A DNA stretch of 64,000 bases, taken from an uncultured Candidatus Saccharibacteria bacterium. Its GTDB lineage: Bacteria > Patescibacteriota > Minisyncoccia > Minisyncoccales > GWA2-38-27. How positions within the stretch are numbered: the stretch's first letter is position 1; every line of letters starts with the position of its first letter. The notes below the pieces were generated by a model that made no database searches, had not been told where the DNA came from, and was given only the letters and a program-made list of their open reading frames with translations. Of this stretch, positions 1-9,299 are shown in pieces. Location of the stretch: the NCBI GenBank assembly GCA_964387825.1, contig CAYLWZ010000002.1:47375-111374 (forward strand), given 5' to 3'. The position numbers and the translations under genes were made by a program.

Positions 1-84
1 ATAAAGCATCTTAGAGCATTTTTCGTAATTTTCTATAAAACAACTTAATTTTTCTTTCGCGATGTACTGTTTTTTGTAAGCCAT
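1..84 (-). pseudogene. Possible fragment resembling the C-terminal helix of a four-helix-bundle (IVP-like) protein; runs off the window edge
   Basis: Manual translation MAYKKQYIAKEKLSCFIENYEKCSKMLY, directly next to a heptamer array; resemblance recalled from memory only. Confidence 0.3.
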
Positions 85-90
85 AAATCA

Positions 91-163
91 GATTTAAGTT
101 GGAAGATTTAAGTTGTAAATTTCTTTAATCTTAAATCTTAAATCTTACAACTTAAATTTTTAA
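91..163. repeat. Paired inverted heptamer array (AGATTTA / TAAATCT)
   Basis: agatttaagttggaagatttaagttgtaa ... ttaaatcttaaatcttacaacttaaat. Confidence 0.8.
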
Positions 164-164
164 T

Positions 165-1442
165 CTAAAAGGTTTCGTATTCCCTCATCTGGAGTTGAGC
201 TTTAATTTGCCGCATCGTCTCCAAAACCACGCTCACTACAATCAATAAAGAAGTGCCTCCGATTAAAAAACTAAAAACCATCACGCCGGTAATTCCTCCG
301 GCAATAGAAGGCATCACCGCAATCGTTCCCAAAAACAAAGCGCCGATTAACAACACTCTGTTTAAAATATATTGGATAAAATTGGCGGTTGACTCTCCGG
401 GCCTGATTCCCGGAACAAAACCGCCCATCTTTTGCAGATTTTCAGAAATAGACTTGGGATTAAAAGTTACTGCCGTATAAAAATAAGTAAAAAGGGCAAC
501 TAGTATAAAATAAAGAGAGCCATGAACCCAGACATTTTTGAGAAAATCAGCCGTATTTTTAGCGATTGCGCCTATTATTCCGGCCGAACCGGCAAGAAAA
601 TTAGCAATCATTCCAGGAAAAAGAAGGATTGACAATGCAAAAATTATCGGCATAACTCCGGCCGGGTTAACGTTCATGGGCAAATAAGTAGATACCCCGC
701 CGTACATTTTCATTCCTCGAACCCTCTTAGCGTAAGAAATTGGCACATTACGCCTAGCTTCATTAATTAAAACAACTCCGGCGATAATAGCCAGAGACAT
801 AGCAAAAAAGAGCAAATAAGAAGGAATGCGAGTCGGGTCCCAGGTAATAGCCATCTGGCGTATATCGCTTGGAAAACGGGCAATGATTCCGGCAAAAATT
901 AAAAGCGAAACACCGTTGCCAATCCCCTTTTCTGTTATCAACTCTCCCAGCCACATTAAAAGCACGGTGCCAGCGGCGATAGTTGAAAGCGATGTCAAAA
1001 GGGCAATCGGCGAAAGATGAGAAATAACATTTTGACGCTGGAATAAAGCAAGCATTGCATATCCCTGAAGAATAGCCAAAGGAACGGTCAATATCCTTCC
1101 GTATTGATTAAATTTCTGCCGACCGGCTTCCCCTTCTTCTTTATATATTTTTTCCAACTGAGGAAAAATCATAGTCAGAAGTTGTAAAATAATAACAGCC
1201 GTAATATAAGGACCTAAACCAAGCATAACAATAGAAAATCTATCTAATGCCCCTCCGGTAAATACGTTTAAAAGACCAAACATCTGAAATTGCTCAAAAA
1301 ACCTTCTTAAATTATCGGCGTTTACTCCCGGCATCGGAATATTCGCCATCAAACGAAAAATAGCAAAAACGATCAATACAAAAATAATTTTCTTGCGTAA
1401 ATCGCGAATTTTAAAAATTTGAACTATTTTTTGATACCACAT
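165..1442 (-). CDS. secY: Preprotein translocase SecY
   Basis: LGLGPYITA, GIGNGVSLLIFAGI, IPGIRPG-like and GGTSLLIVV motifs; follows rplO. Confidence 0.98.
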   Translation of the reverse strand: MWYQKIVQIFKIRDLRKKIIFVLIVFAIFRLMANIPMPGVNADNLRRFFEQFQMFGLLNVFTGGALDRFSIVMLGLGPYITAVIILQLLTMIFPQLEKIYKEEGEAGRQKFNQYGRILTVPLAILQGYAMLALFQRQNVISHLSPIALLTSLSTIAAGTVLLMWLGELITEKGIGNGVSLLIFAGIIARFPSDIRQMAITWDPTRIPSYLLFFAMSLAIIAGVVLINEARRNVPISYAKRVRGMKMYGGVSTYLPMNVNPAGVMPIIFALSILLFPGMIANFLAGSAGIIGAIAKNTADFLKNVWVHGSLYFILVALFTYFYTAVTFNPKSISENLQKMGGFVPGIRPGESTANFIQYILNRVLLIGALFLGTIAVMPSIAGGITGVMVFSFLIGGTSLLIVVSVVLETMRQIKAQLQMREYETF

Positions 1443-1448
1443 ACCAAT

Positions 1449-1648
1449 AAAGAATTACGAATTAAGAATTAAGAATTAAGAATACAATAATAAATAAATT
1501 CAATAACTAATGAGAAAATGTAAAACATAAAACGCAAAATAAAAATTAGGGACAAAAAATACTTTAAATTTTAAATTGTCGTTTTACGCTCTTCGCTTTA
1601 AATCTCCAGAATATTCATAATTCTTAATTCTTAATTCTTAATTCTTTT
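1449..1648. repeat. Paired inverted heptamer array (AGAATTA / TAATTCT) with a nested inner inverted repeat
   Basis: aagaattacgaattaagaattaagaattaag ... attcataattcttaattcttaattcttaattctt; the right arm encodes the rplO C-terminus and stop. Confidence 0.85.
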
Positions 1649-2107
1649 TACTTCGCCTCCTGCTTTCTCAATCTTCTCTTTCGCCGTTCCTGACAATTCA
1701 CAGCCTTCAATAATTAACTTCTTTTTTATTGTCATTTTCCCTAAAATTTTCACTCTCGGCGTCCTTCCTTTTATTTTAGAAATTAATCCCCTTTCAAGCA
1801 AACTTTTAGGATTCACTTTCTCTCCTGATTTGAACTCCTCTTCTAATTTTTCCAATTTTATTATAACTTTTGATTTTTGATTTTTGCTTTCGTTTACGAG
1901 GAACTTATTCTTTTTTGACCTTTGTCTGTAGCCCCTTAATTTAGGATGCTTTTTTATCAATTCTCGAATAACCGGAGCAAATCTATGGCCAGCGCGCGAT
2001 TTTTGTCCCTTTAGTCCCTTTCCCGAATAAGTGCCTCTTTTACCGCCTCGTCCAACACGTTTTTTCTTTCCTAGTTTATGGACTGATTTTAATTGATGTA
2101 ATTGCAT
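1631..2107 (-). CDS. rplO: 50S ribosomal protein uL15
   Basis: RVGRGGKRG, GQKSR and KIEKAGG motifs; operon position. Confidence 0.97.
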   Translation of the reverse strand: MQLHQLKSVHKLGKKKRVGRGGKRGTYSGKGLKGQKSRAGHRFAPVIRELIKKHPKLRGYRQRSKKNKFLVNESKNQKSKVIIKLEKLEEEFKSGEKVNPKSLLERGLISKIKGRTPRVKILGKMTIKKKLIIEGCELSGTAKEKIEKAGGEVKRIKN

Positions 2108-2603
2108 GTTTAGATTTAAGATTTAAGTTAGATTTTAGCCTTTTTAAGGCTAAAATCGTTGCTTTAGCGTTGTTGATTTTATTACTGGTTTTTCCGATAA
2201 CTTTTGAAGAAATATTTTTAATCCCGGCTAAATCGCAAATAACCCGAACCGTTCCCCCTGATACCAATCCTCTTCCTTCTTTTTGAGGTCTTAGTAAAAT
2301 TTTAGCCGCTCCAAATTTTGCTTCAATTTGATAAGGAATCGTTCCCTGAACAATCATAACTTTAATTAGGTTTTTCTTAGCAACCTTTGTCGCTTTCTCA
2401 ATTGCTTGAGCAACATCTGCTCCTTTAGCTACTCCAAATCCAACTCTTCCTTTTTTATCTCCTATTACAACTCCCGCCCGAAAGCGAAAACGGCGTCCTC
2501 CAGCTGTCATTCGCATAACCCGAGACAAATCTAAAAGCTTTGAGTCAAATTCTTCTTTCTCCTTAAAATCTGTTCTTCTTGTTTGATTTCTTTTAATAAA
2601 CAT
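2076..2603 (-). CDS. rpsE: 30S ribosomal protein uS5
   Basis: GGRRFRF, GDKKGRVGFG; overlaps rplO with no rpmD in between. Confidence 0.97.
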   Translation of the reverse strand: MFIKRNQTRRTDFKEKEEFDSKLLDLSRVMRMTAGGRRFRFRAGVVIGDKKGRVGFGVAKGADVAQAIEKATKVAKKNLIKVMIVQGTIPYQIEAKFGAAKILLRPQKEGRGLVSGGTVRVICDLAGIKNISSKVIGKTSNKINNAKATILALKRLKSNLNLKSKHAITSIKISP

Positions 2604-2609
2604 AGAATC

Positions 2610-2678
2610 TTATAACCTGAAACTTGAAACTTATAACTTAGAACTTGGAACTTGGGTTACGGGTTACGGGTTACAAGA
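2610..2678. repeat. Heptamer array (AACTTGA/AACTTAT and GGTTACG)
   Basis: Tandem 7-mers in inverted arms. Confidence 0.8.
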
Positions 2679-3128
2679 CTAGAACTCTAGTCCTCCTTCC
2701 CTCGCCCCATTTGCCAAGGATTTTATTCTTCCATGATATTTATACCCCCCTCTGTCAAAAACAACCTTTTTAATTTTATTTTTTAATGCTTTCTCGGCAA
2801 GTAATTTACCGACCCTATAGGCAATGGCAACTTTCCTTGAAACTTGTTTTTTCTCATCTTCTGCTTTTTTATCTTTCGGTTTTGAATTTTGAGTTTTGAT
2901 GGTTCGGCTTTGTTCACCATCAACCCCGAATTTGTCGAACGAGTTGAGCTTTCTAAGTTTAATATCGCTCAAACTTAAAATTATATTTCCTTTCTCGTCA
3001 TCAACAAATTGCGCATATATATGGTTTAATGATTTAAAAACAGAAAGGCGCGGAATCTTGGCTGTACCTTTTATTTTTGCTCTAATGCGCCGATGGCGCC
3101 TATATCTTTTTAATTGTTTTTCCAACAT
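2679..3128 (-). CDS. rplR: 50S ribosomal protein uL18 with an internal palindrome-derived insertion
   Basis: PRLSVFKS, HIYAQ, VVFDRGGYKYHGR. Confidence 0.96.
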   Translation of the reverse strand: MLEKQLKRYRRHRRIRAKIKGTAKIPRLSVFKSLNHIYAQFVDDEKGNIILSLSDIKLRKLNSFDKFGVDGEQSRTIKTQNSKPKDKKAEDEKKQVSRKVAIAYRVGKLLAEKALKNKIKKVVFDRGGYKYHGRIKSLANGAREGGLEF

Positions 3129-3235
3129 ATTATTAGATATTAGATATTGGATATTGGTCTATTTTTTACTCTATTTTCTATACAACTACTTTCTAATAAT
3201 TATACTTCCATTTTCTACTTTCTACTTTCCAATAA

Positions 3236-3784
3236 TTAAGCCCCTTCTGCCCCCATTACCTTTTTTCCTGTTTTTCTCCTGACATATTCTCCTATGTATC
3301 TTATTCCTTTTCCTTTATAAGGTTCGGGAGGACGTATCTTTCTTATTTTAGCGGCAACCTGACCAACTAACTCCTTATTAATACCTGAAACAGATATAAT
3401 GTTCTTTTCTACTGAAAATTTCACCCCCTCCATTTTTTTTATTAAAACCGGATGGGAAAATCCTACTTTTAAAATTAAGTTTTCTCCTTCTAAGGCAACT
3501 TTATAACCAATTCCCCGCAACTCTAATTTTTTTTCATACCCTTCTATCACTCCTCTTGTCATATTAAAAATAAGAGTCCGCTCCAAGCCCCAAAAAGCGT
3601 TGGTTTTCTTTGTTTCTTTTTGAGGAGAAATAAAAATCTTGCCGTTTTCTTGTTCGGCTTTAATTTCTTGTCGAATCTCTCTCTGGAGTTCTCCCTTCGG
3701 GCCTTTAACGATTACTTTTTGCCCTTCTATTTTTACTTCCACTCCCTCAGGTATTATAATTGGTTTTTTACCTATACGCGACAT
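3236..3784 (-). CDS. rplF: 50S ribosomal protein uL6
   Basis: MSRIGKKP, PEPYKGKG. Confidence 0.98.
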   Translation of the reverse strand: MSRIGKKPIIIPEGVEVKIEGQKVIVKGPKGELQREIRQEIKAEQENGKIFISPQKETKKTNAFWGLERTLIFNMTRGVIEGYEKKLELRGIGYKVALEGENLILKVGFSHPVLIKKMEGVKFSVEKNIISVSGINKELVGQVAAKIRKIRPPEPYKGKGIRYIGEYVRRKTGKKVMGAEGA

Positions 3785-3788
3785 AGCT

Positions 3789-3885
3789 CTTATAACTTAC
3801 GACTTACAACTTATAACTTATAACTTACAACTTATAACTTATAACTTACGACTTGGGTTACAGGTTACACGTTTTAAGTTTCAAG
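3789..3885. repeat. Heptamer array (AACTTAT, about 9 units) plus an inverted arm
   Basis: cttataacttacgacttacaacttataacttataac ... ggttacaggttacacgttttaagtttcaag. Confidence 0.85.
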
Positions 3886-3888
3886 AAA

Positions 3889-4305
3889 TTACCATATTTC
3901 AAACAAAACTTCTCCTCCTAAACCCTGCTTCTCTGCTTTTTTGTCTGTCATTATACCTTTTGATGTTGAAATTATCGCTATTCCGCAACCTTTCTTCAGT
4001 TTTTTTATCTTTTTAGCGCTACTATAAATTCTCTGCCCGGGTTTTGAGATCCTTCTTAATTTAAGCTCAACGTCTTTTTTAATTATTCCAGGCTCCATTT
4101 CTTGCTCTCGCTCGTAATTTAGATTAAGCTCAATTATCTTCTTCTCTTTTCTCCTTTTCTTTTCTGTCTTTCCAATAAAATTCTCTTTTTCTAAAATTTT
4201 AGAAATTTCAAATTTTAATTTGGAAAAAGGAATAACCACTGTCTTCTTGGAAACAGCTCGAGCATTTCTTATTCTATTTAACATATCTGTAATTGGATCA
4301 ACCAT
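3889..4305 (-). CDS. rpsH: 30S ribosomal protein uS8
   Basis: DPITDMLNRIRNA, RISKPGQRIY, STSKG, GGEV. Confidence 0.97.
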   Translation of the reverse strand: MVDPITDMLNRIRNARAVSKKTVVIPFSKLKFEISKILEKENFIGKTEKKRRKEKKIIELNLNYEREQEMEPGIIKKDVELKLRRISKPGQRIYSSAKKIKKLKKGCGIAIISTSKGIMTDKKAEKQGLGGEVLFEIW

Positions 4306-4310
4306 AATAT

Positions 4311-4400
4311 TAGAATTAAGAATTATGAATTATGAATTATGAATTAATATCAACGAATTAAACCCAAGTTCTTAATTCTTAATTCTTAATTCTTAATTCT
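4311..4400. repeat. Paired inverted heptamer array (GAATTAT / TTCTTAA)
   Basis: gaattaagaattatgaattatgaattatg ... ttcttaattcttaattcttaattcttaattct. Confidence 0.85.
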
Positions 4401-4403
4401 ATT

Positions 4404-4589
4404 TTACCAGCTACTTTTTTTGACTCCAGGTATTTCTCCTTTATTTACCAACTCGCGAAAGCATATTCTGCATAAACCAAACTTTCTTATATATCCTCTT
4501 CTTCTGCCGCATCTAAAACAGCGCCGGACAATTCTCGTGCTAAATTTAGGTTTTCTCTTAGATTTTACAATTTGTGATTTTTTAGCCAC
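4404..4589 (-). CDS. rpsN: 30S ribosomal protein uS14, zinc-binding (C+) type
   Basis: CFRC...[12 protein letters not shown]; GTG start. Confidence 0.96.
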   Translation of the reverse strand: MAKKSQIVKSKRKPKFSTRIVRRCFRCGRRRGYIRKFGLCRICFRELVNKGEIPGVKKSSW

Positions 4590-4595
4590 AATTCC

Positions 4596-4731
4596 TTATA
4601 ACTTATAACTTATAACTTATAACTTGGAACTTGGAACTTGGATTAGGGTTTTAAGTTATAAGTTATAAGTTATAAGTTTTAGGTTATAAGTTTTAGGTTA
4701 TAAGTTTTAGGTTTCAAGTTTTAGGTTTCAA
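4596..4731. repeat. Paired inverted heptamer array (AACTTAT / AGTTATA), the longest in the window
   Basis: About 7 units then about 12 inverted units; supplies the rplE stop. Confidence 0.9.
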
Positions 4732-5282
4732 GATTTTATTGGTAGTCCTGATAATTTCAACAATTCAATCCCCTCTTGGCAGGTTTTGGCCGTAGTTACA
4801 ATCGTTATCTCAAATCCAAAAATTATTCTTGCATTTTCCGGCATAATCTCAGGGAAAGAGATGTGCTCTCTGACGGATAAAGTAAGATTTCCTTTTTTAT
4901 CAAATGATTTTGGGTCAATCCCCTGAAAATCACGAGACCTAGGAAGAGCAATATTAACCACCCTGTCTAAAAAATCATACATCTTCATTCCCCGTAAAGT
5001 AACAACCGCGCCAACAGGCATCCCTTTTCTTAATTTGAAAGATGATATTGACTTTTTTGCTTTAGTTAAAATCGGTTTCTGTCCGCAGATTAAAGCTAAA
5101 TCGTTTAGGATAGCGCTGGTTATCTTTTTTTGCTCATCAGAGGTCTTACCAGAAATTATTCTACCAAAACCAGTATTTATTACAACCTTCTCAAACTTAG
5201 GAACGGTCATAATGTTTTTATAACCGAATTTTTCTATCATTGCCGGCACAATCTTTTTTATATATTTTTCTTTTAGACGCAT
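4728..5282 (-). CDS. rplE: 50S ribosomal protein uL5
   Basis: GQKP, FKLRKGMP, ALPRSRDFQG, FPEI. Confidence 0.97.
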   Translation of the reverse strand: MRLKEKYIKKIVPAMIEKFGYKNIMTVPKFEKVVINTGFGRIISGKTSDEQKKITSAILNDLALICGQKPILTKAKKSISSFKLRKGMPVGAVVTLRGMKMYDFLDRVVNIALPRSRDFQGIDPKSFDKKGNLTLSVREHISFPEIMPENARIIFGFEITIVTTAKTCQEGIELLKLSGLPIKS

Positions 5283-5359
5283 ACTTCAGATTTAAGATTA
5301 AAGAATTAAGATTAAAGAAAATTCACTTAAATCTGAAATCTTACAACTTAAATCTTATT

Positions 5360-5665
5360 TTATATCTCTTGTCCGCATTTTTTGCAAATACGATATTTTT
5401 TCTTTCCTTCCTTTTTATAACCTATGCGGGTTGGCTTCTCGCACTTCGGACAAATAAGTTTCACGTCAGAAACATCAAAAGACCCGGGTACTTCTACAAT
5501 CTGACCCTTTTCGCCAGATTTCTTCGGTTTAACATGTTTCTTCCTCAAATTAATTCCTTCAACCATAATCCTGTTTCTCTTAGGAAAAACTGTTATAACT
5601 TTGGCTTTTCTGCCTTTGTCTTTCCCGGAAATCACAAGAACCTGGTCGTCTTTTCTAATTTTCAT
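5360..5665 (-). CDS. rplX: 50S ribosomal protein uL24
   Basis: KIRKDDQVLVISGKDKG; CPKC/CKKC C-terminus. Confidence 0.96.
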   Translation of the reverse strand: MKIRKDDQVLVISGKDKGRKAKVITVFPKRNRIMVEGINLRKKHVKPKKSGEKGQIVEVPGSFDVSDVKLICPKCEKPTRIGYKKEGKKKYRICKKCGQEI

Positions 5666-5747
5666 TATATCGATGCTAATATACGAATTATACCAATAAA
5701 ACTAATAAATTATTCGTAAATTCGTAATGAATTCGCATATTAGTTGA

Positions 5748-6116
5748 TTACACTATGTCTTTGGCCAAATTAATTATTTTACTAAACCCTTTTTCCCTCA
5801 ACTCTCGCGCTATTGGTCCGAAAATTCTTCCCCCCTTCGGGTTTTTTCCTGACTCTAAAATTACTACCGCATTTTCGTCAAAACGAATATATGAACCGTC
5901 TTTCCTCCTGAAGGCCTTTTTTTGCCTAACTATCACTGCTTTAACCACATCATGTTTTTTTACCGGCCTCCGGGGTTCAGCAATTTTAACCGCTCCCACA
6001 ATAATATCGCCTAGAGCGGCGTATCTCCGGCGAGTGCCGCCTAAAACCCGGATACACTTGACTGTCCTTGCTCCGCTATTATCAGCGACTTTTAATAATG
6101 TTTCTGTTTGAATCAT
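5748..6116 (-). CDS. rplN: 50S ribosomal protein uL14
   Basis: VADNSGA, IRFDENA, RIFGP. Confidence 0.98.
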   Translation of the reverse strand: MIQTETLLKVADNSGARTVKCIRVLGGTRRRYAALGDIIVGAVKIAEPRRPVKKHDVVKAVIVRQKKAFRRKDGSYIRFDENAVVILESGKNPKGGRIFGPIARELREKGFSKIINLAKDIV

Positions 6117-6124
6117 ATTAAAAT

Positions 6125-6212
6125 AGAATTAAGAATTACGAATCAAGAATTAAGAATAAAATAAAAACTCAAAACTCATAATTCTTAATTCTTAATTCTT
6201 AATTCTTAATTC
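6125..6212. repeat. Paired inverted heptamer array (AGAATTA / TAATTCT)
   Basis: agaattaagaattacgaatcaagaattaag ... attcttaattcttaattcttaattcttaattc. Confidence 0.85.
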
Positions 6213-6444
6213 AAAGTTTCTTTATCACTTTCCACTTCTTATCTTTACTCATCGGCCGGCTTTCTTCAATAACAACCCTGTCCCCAATTTTATACTCTCC
6301 TTCCTCGTCGTGGGCCTTATATTTCTTATGAACCTGATATCTTTTTTTATATTTAGGGTCTTCTTTTATTCGTTCCACCTCAACCACTACTGTTTTTTCC
6401 ATTTTATTAGATACTACAGTTCCTTTTAATTTTTTCTTTGGCAT
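6211..6444 (-). CDS. rpsQ: 30S ribosomal protein uS17 (start moved to MPKKK)
   Basis: [22 protein letters not shown]; the upstream ATG lies inside a repeat. Confidence 0.96.
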   Translation of the reverse strand: MPKKKLKGTVVSNKMEKTVVVEVERIKEDPKYKKRYQVHKKYKAHDEEGEYKIGDRVVIEESRPMSKDKKWKVIKKL

Positions 6445-6499
6445 ATGCCGCACAACATAGAACATAGAACATAGAAGATATTGTTCGATGTTTTATGTT

Positions 6500-6691
6500 T
6501 TATGTTTTATGATTTATGATTGTTAGTATTCTTGCTATATCTTTTTTAACCATACGAATCTCACGCACATTTTTTATTTTGCCCGAAGCTAAGTCAAAAC
6601 GAAACCGCCTCAACTTTTCTCTATTTCTCTCCAAGGTTTCTTTTAATTCTGTTCTCGGTTTTTGTCTTAATTCTGACGCTTTCATAGACAC
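6500..6691 (-). CDS. rpmC: 50S ribosomal protein uL29
   Basis: KKDIARILT; operon position. Confidence 0.95.
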   Translation of the reverse strand: MSMKASELRQKPRTELKETLERNREKLRRFRFDLASGKIKNVREIRMVKKDIARILTIINHKT

Positions 6692-6762
6692 AGATTAATA
6701 CGGATTTCAGCGGATTAATACTGATAAATTATCTGCATAAATCGGTTAAATCCGTATAAATC
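6688..6762. repeat. Inverted 9-mer-type array (ACGGATTAA-like)
   Basis: acacagattaatacggatttcagcggattaatactgat ... atctgcataaatcggttaaatccgta. Confidence 0.6.
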
Positions 6763-7171
6763 AACGTTTTATAAATTTTGTTTTTATTGGTAATTTATCT
6801 GTCGCCATCTTAAATGCCTCTTTAGCTTTCTTTTCCGATATCCCTTCCAGCTCAAAAATAATTCGGCCCGGAGTAATTGGAAAAACATAATGGTCCACCG
6901 CCCCTTTTCCACCGCCCATTGGAACTTCCGTTCCTTTTTTAGTTACCGGTTTGTCTGGAAAAATTCTAATCCAAAGCTTACCTCCTTTTCTCAAATATCT
7001 AATTATAGTCCGCCTAGACGCCTCAATTTGACGCGATGTTATCCATTTTGTTCCAAAGGACTTAAGACCATAACTTCCAAAACAAAGTTCGCTTCCTCGA
7101 ACTCCAATGGTCTTTGAAGCTCTTTTTCTCCATTTCCGATGTTTAACTTTCTTTGGTATTAACATTGCCAT
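6761..7171 (-). CDS. rplP: 50S ribosomal protein uL16
   Basis: WIRIFPDKPVT, MGGGKG. Confidence 0.98.
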   Translation of the reverse strand: MAMLIPKKVKHRKWRKRASKTIGVRGSELCFGSYGLKSFGTKWITSRQIEASRRTIIRYLRKGGKLWIRIFPDKPVTKKGTEVPMGGGKGAVDHYVFPITPGRIIFELEGISEKKAKEAFKMATDKLPIKTKFIKR

Positions 7172-7310
7172 TTTTAAAAATTCCTAAATCCTAATTTCTA
7201 ATGTCAAACAAAATGTCAAATTATTAAATGTCCAATATCAAATTTTTCTTTTTTAGTCATTTGGCATTTAGCATTTAAATTTTTGTTAGAAATTAGACAT
7301 TAGGAATTAG

Positions 7311-8039
7311 TCATTCAAACTTCTCTCCCTTGTACATCCAAACTTTTATTCCAATTACTCCGTAACTGCAATGGGCTTCAGCTTTGGCATAATCTATATC
7401 AGCCCTGATAGTTTGAAGAGGAAGCCGGCCTTTCCTAAGCCATTCTCTTCTGGCGATTTCAACACCATTTAGCCGTCCGGCTACTTCTATTTTTACCCCT
7501 TTAATCTCTTTATTTGCCAAAACCTTGCTCATCGCTTGTTTTAACACTCTTCGGTGGTTAACTCTCTTCTCTATTTGTTGAGCAACCCACTGAGCGCAAA
7601 GACTAGCAGAAATCCAGGGCTTTCTAACTTCTCTTATTTCAATTTTTATTCCTTTCTTCTCAGAAATCATCTGGGCCAAAGACTGTTCTTTCTCTTTTTT
7701 ATTAGTTAAATCATTAGCGACAACAAGTTTTTCCTTTCCTCCCGTTATTTTAAATTTAAAAACTTTTTTTAACAATTCTCTCCTTAACTGTTCAACTCCT
7801 TCTCCTCCCCTCCCGATAATAATGCCTGGCCGATTGCTAAAAACAATAATATTTAACTTATTGGGAAATCTCTCAATTTCAACTTTTTCCACCCCGCTTT
7901 TTTTAAGCTTTCTATTTAAAAATTCTCTAATTCTAAAATCTTCCTCTAATTTTTCAGCAGCTTTTTTATAAAATCCTCTCGAACTCCAATCAGATATTTC
8001 TCTTGTCCTATATATTTTTGGATGAACTTTGTGAGACAT
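7311..8039 (-). CDS. rpsC: 30S ribosomal protein uS3 with an insertion after the KH domain
   Basis: KVHP, PGIIIGRGG, GRLNGVEIAR, PLQTIRADIDY. Confidence 0.97.
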   Translation of the reverse strand: MSHKVHPKIYRTREISDWSSRGFYKKAAEKLEEDFRIREFLNRKLKKSGVEKVEIERFPNKLNIIVFSNRPGIIIGRGGEGVEQLRRELLKKVFKFKITGGKEKLVVANDLTNKKEKEQSLAQMISEKKGIKIEIREVRKPWISASLCAQWVAQQIEKRVNHRRVLKQAMSKVLANKEIKGVKIEVAGRLNGVEIARREWLRKGRLPLQTIRADIDYAKAEAHCSYGVIGIKVWMYKGEKFE

Positions 8040-8155
8040 AACTTCTTGAAACTTGAAACTTGAAACTTGAAACTTGAGTTATAAGTTGTAAGTTATAAGT
8101 TTCTTTAATCTTTCAACTTTAATCTCTCAACTTTAATCTCTCAACTTTAATCTTT
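8040..8155. repeat. Heptamer arrays (AACTTGA; AGTTATA; 14-mer TCAACTTTAATCTC)
   Basis: Three adjacent tandem arrays. Confidence 0.8.
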
Positions 8156-8755
8156 CTAGAACGCTTTTCGTCTAAATATCCTTTTTAATCCTCCTATATT
8201 TTTCGGTTTTGGTCCTTTTGGTTCTATCTCAGGGCGCGATTTCGGCTGTCTAATTTTTGTCCCGCCTTCAGCAAGGCCTTCTACAAGAAATTCCTTATTG
8301 CTTTTAATAACTTTTTTCTCTTTCTTGTCTTTTAATTTCTTGACAGGAGAAATTTCTTTTCTTGCCTTTTTTATGCGGGATACCCTCTCTTTTCCTCCAA
8401 TTGCCTTAGCTTCTTTTCCCGGTTTAGTTTCTTCCAAAACCAAAGTTATATGAGAAGTTCTCTTTTTAATTTGATTAACCATCCCTCTTGACCTAGGTCT
8501 CCATCTTTTATATTTCGGACCTTCATCTACGGTAATTCTGGAGATATATAAGTTGTCTGGATTAAGGTGAAAATTATTACGAGCATCGGCAACAGCTGTT
8601 TTTAAAAGTTTGGCTATTGGTCCAGCTGCTTTTTTAACAGTGAAATTCAAAATCCGTTCGGCATGCTCAACTTTATTCTTACGGATAAGGTCAGCCACAA
8701 GCCGGACTTTTCGAGGGGATATCCGTAAATATCTTAACTTAGAAACTACCGCCAT
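8156..8755 (-). CDS. rplV: 50S ribosomal protein uL22 with a long basic C-terminal extension
   Basis: RISPRKVRLVAD, VDEGP, TSHI. Confidence 0.96.
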   Translation of the reverse strand: MAVVSKLRYLRISPRKVRLVADLIRKNKVEHAERILNFTVKKAAGPIAKLLKTAVADARNNFHLNPDNLYISRITVDEGPKYKRWRPRSRGMVNQIKKRTSHITLVLEETKPGKEAKAIGGKERVSRIKKARKEISPVKKLKDKKEKKVIKSNKEFLVEGLAEGGTKIRQPKSRPEIEPKGPKPKNIGGLKRIFRRKAF

Positions 8756-8796
8756 GTTTTTGAGAATTGAAAATTAAGAATAAAAATTCGTAATTC

Positions 8797-9099
8797 TTAA
8801 TCCTGTTTTATTTCTTTTGATTTTACTTCTTGCTCCCGCTGCATTTTTCCCCCGTGTTTTCCAAATTTTGTAGTAGGGGCAAACTCTCCTAATTTATGGC
8901 CAACCATATCCTCTTTTATATTTACGGAAATATGTTCTTTACCATTATGGACGTTAAAGATAAAACCAACCATTTCCGGAACAATAGTGCAGGCGCGAGA
9001 CCAGGTCTTAATTATTTTTCTATCCTCCGGTTTCAAATCCCTGATCTTTTTTAATAATTTTTCATCTATATATGGACCTTTTTTGATGCTTCTAGACAT
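8797..9099 (-). CDS. rpsS: 30S ribosomal protein uS19
   Basis: [21 protein letters not shown]. Confidence 0.98.
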   Translation of the reverse strand: MSRSIKKGPYIDEKLLKKIRDLKPEDRKIIKTWSRACTIVPEMVGFIFNVHNGKEHISVNIKEDMVGHKLGEFAPTTKFGKHGGKMQREQEVKSKEIKQD

Positions 9100-9299
9100 A
9101 AATTAAATTAATTTTGAATTTCTAATTTTTAATTTTGATTGAATTTTTAATTATTTAATGACTTAATTTTGAAGTAAGATTCTTTTTTTTTGTTTTTTTG
9201 TTTGTTTGTTTATTATTCAAAATTCTATTATTCATAATTGATTCAAAATTCAAAATAGAACAAGTTCCTCGCAAGCGAGAGCAAAATTCAAAATTTTTA

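Noticed and set aside
4728-7313. Genetic code 25 (TGA as Gly)
   Set aside because: rplE, rpsQ, rplP and rpsC end correctly at TGA
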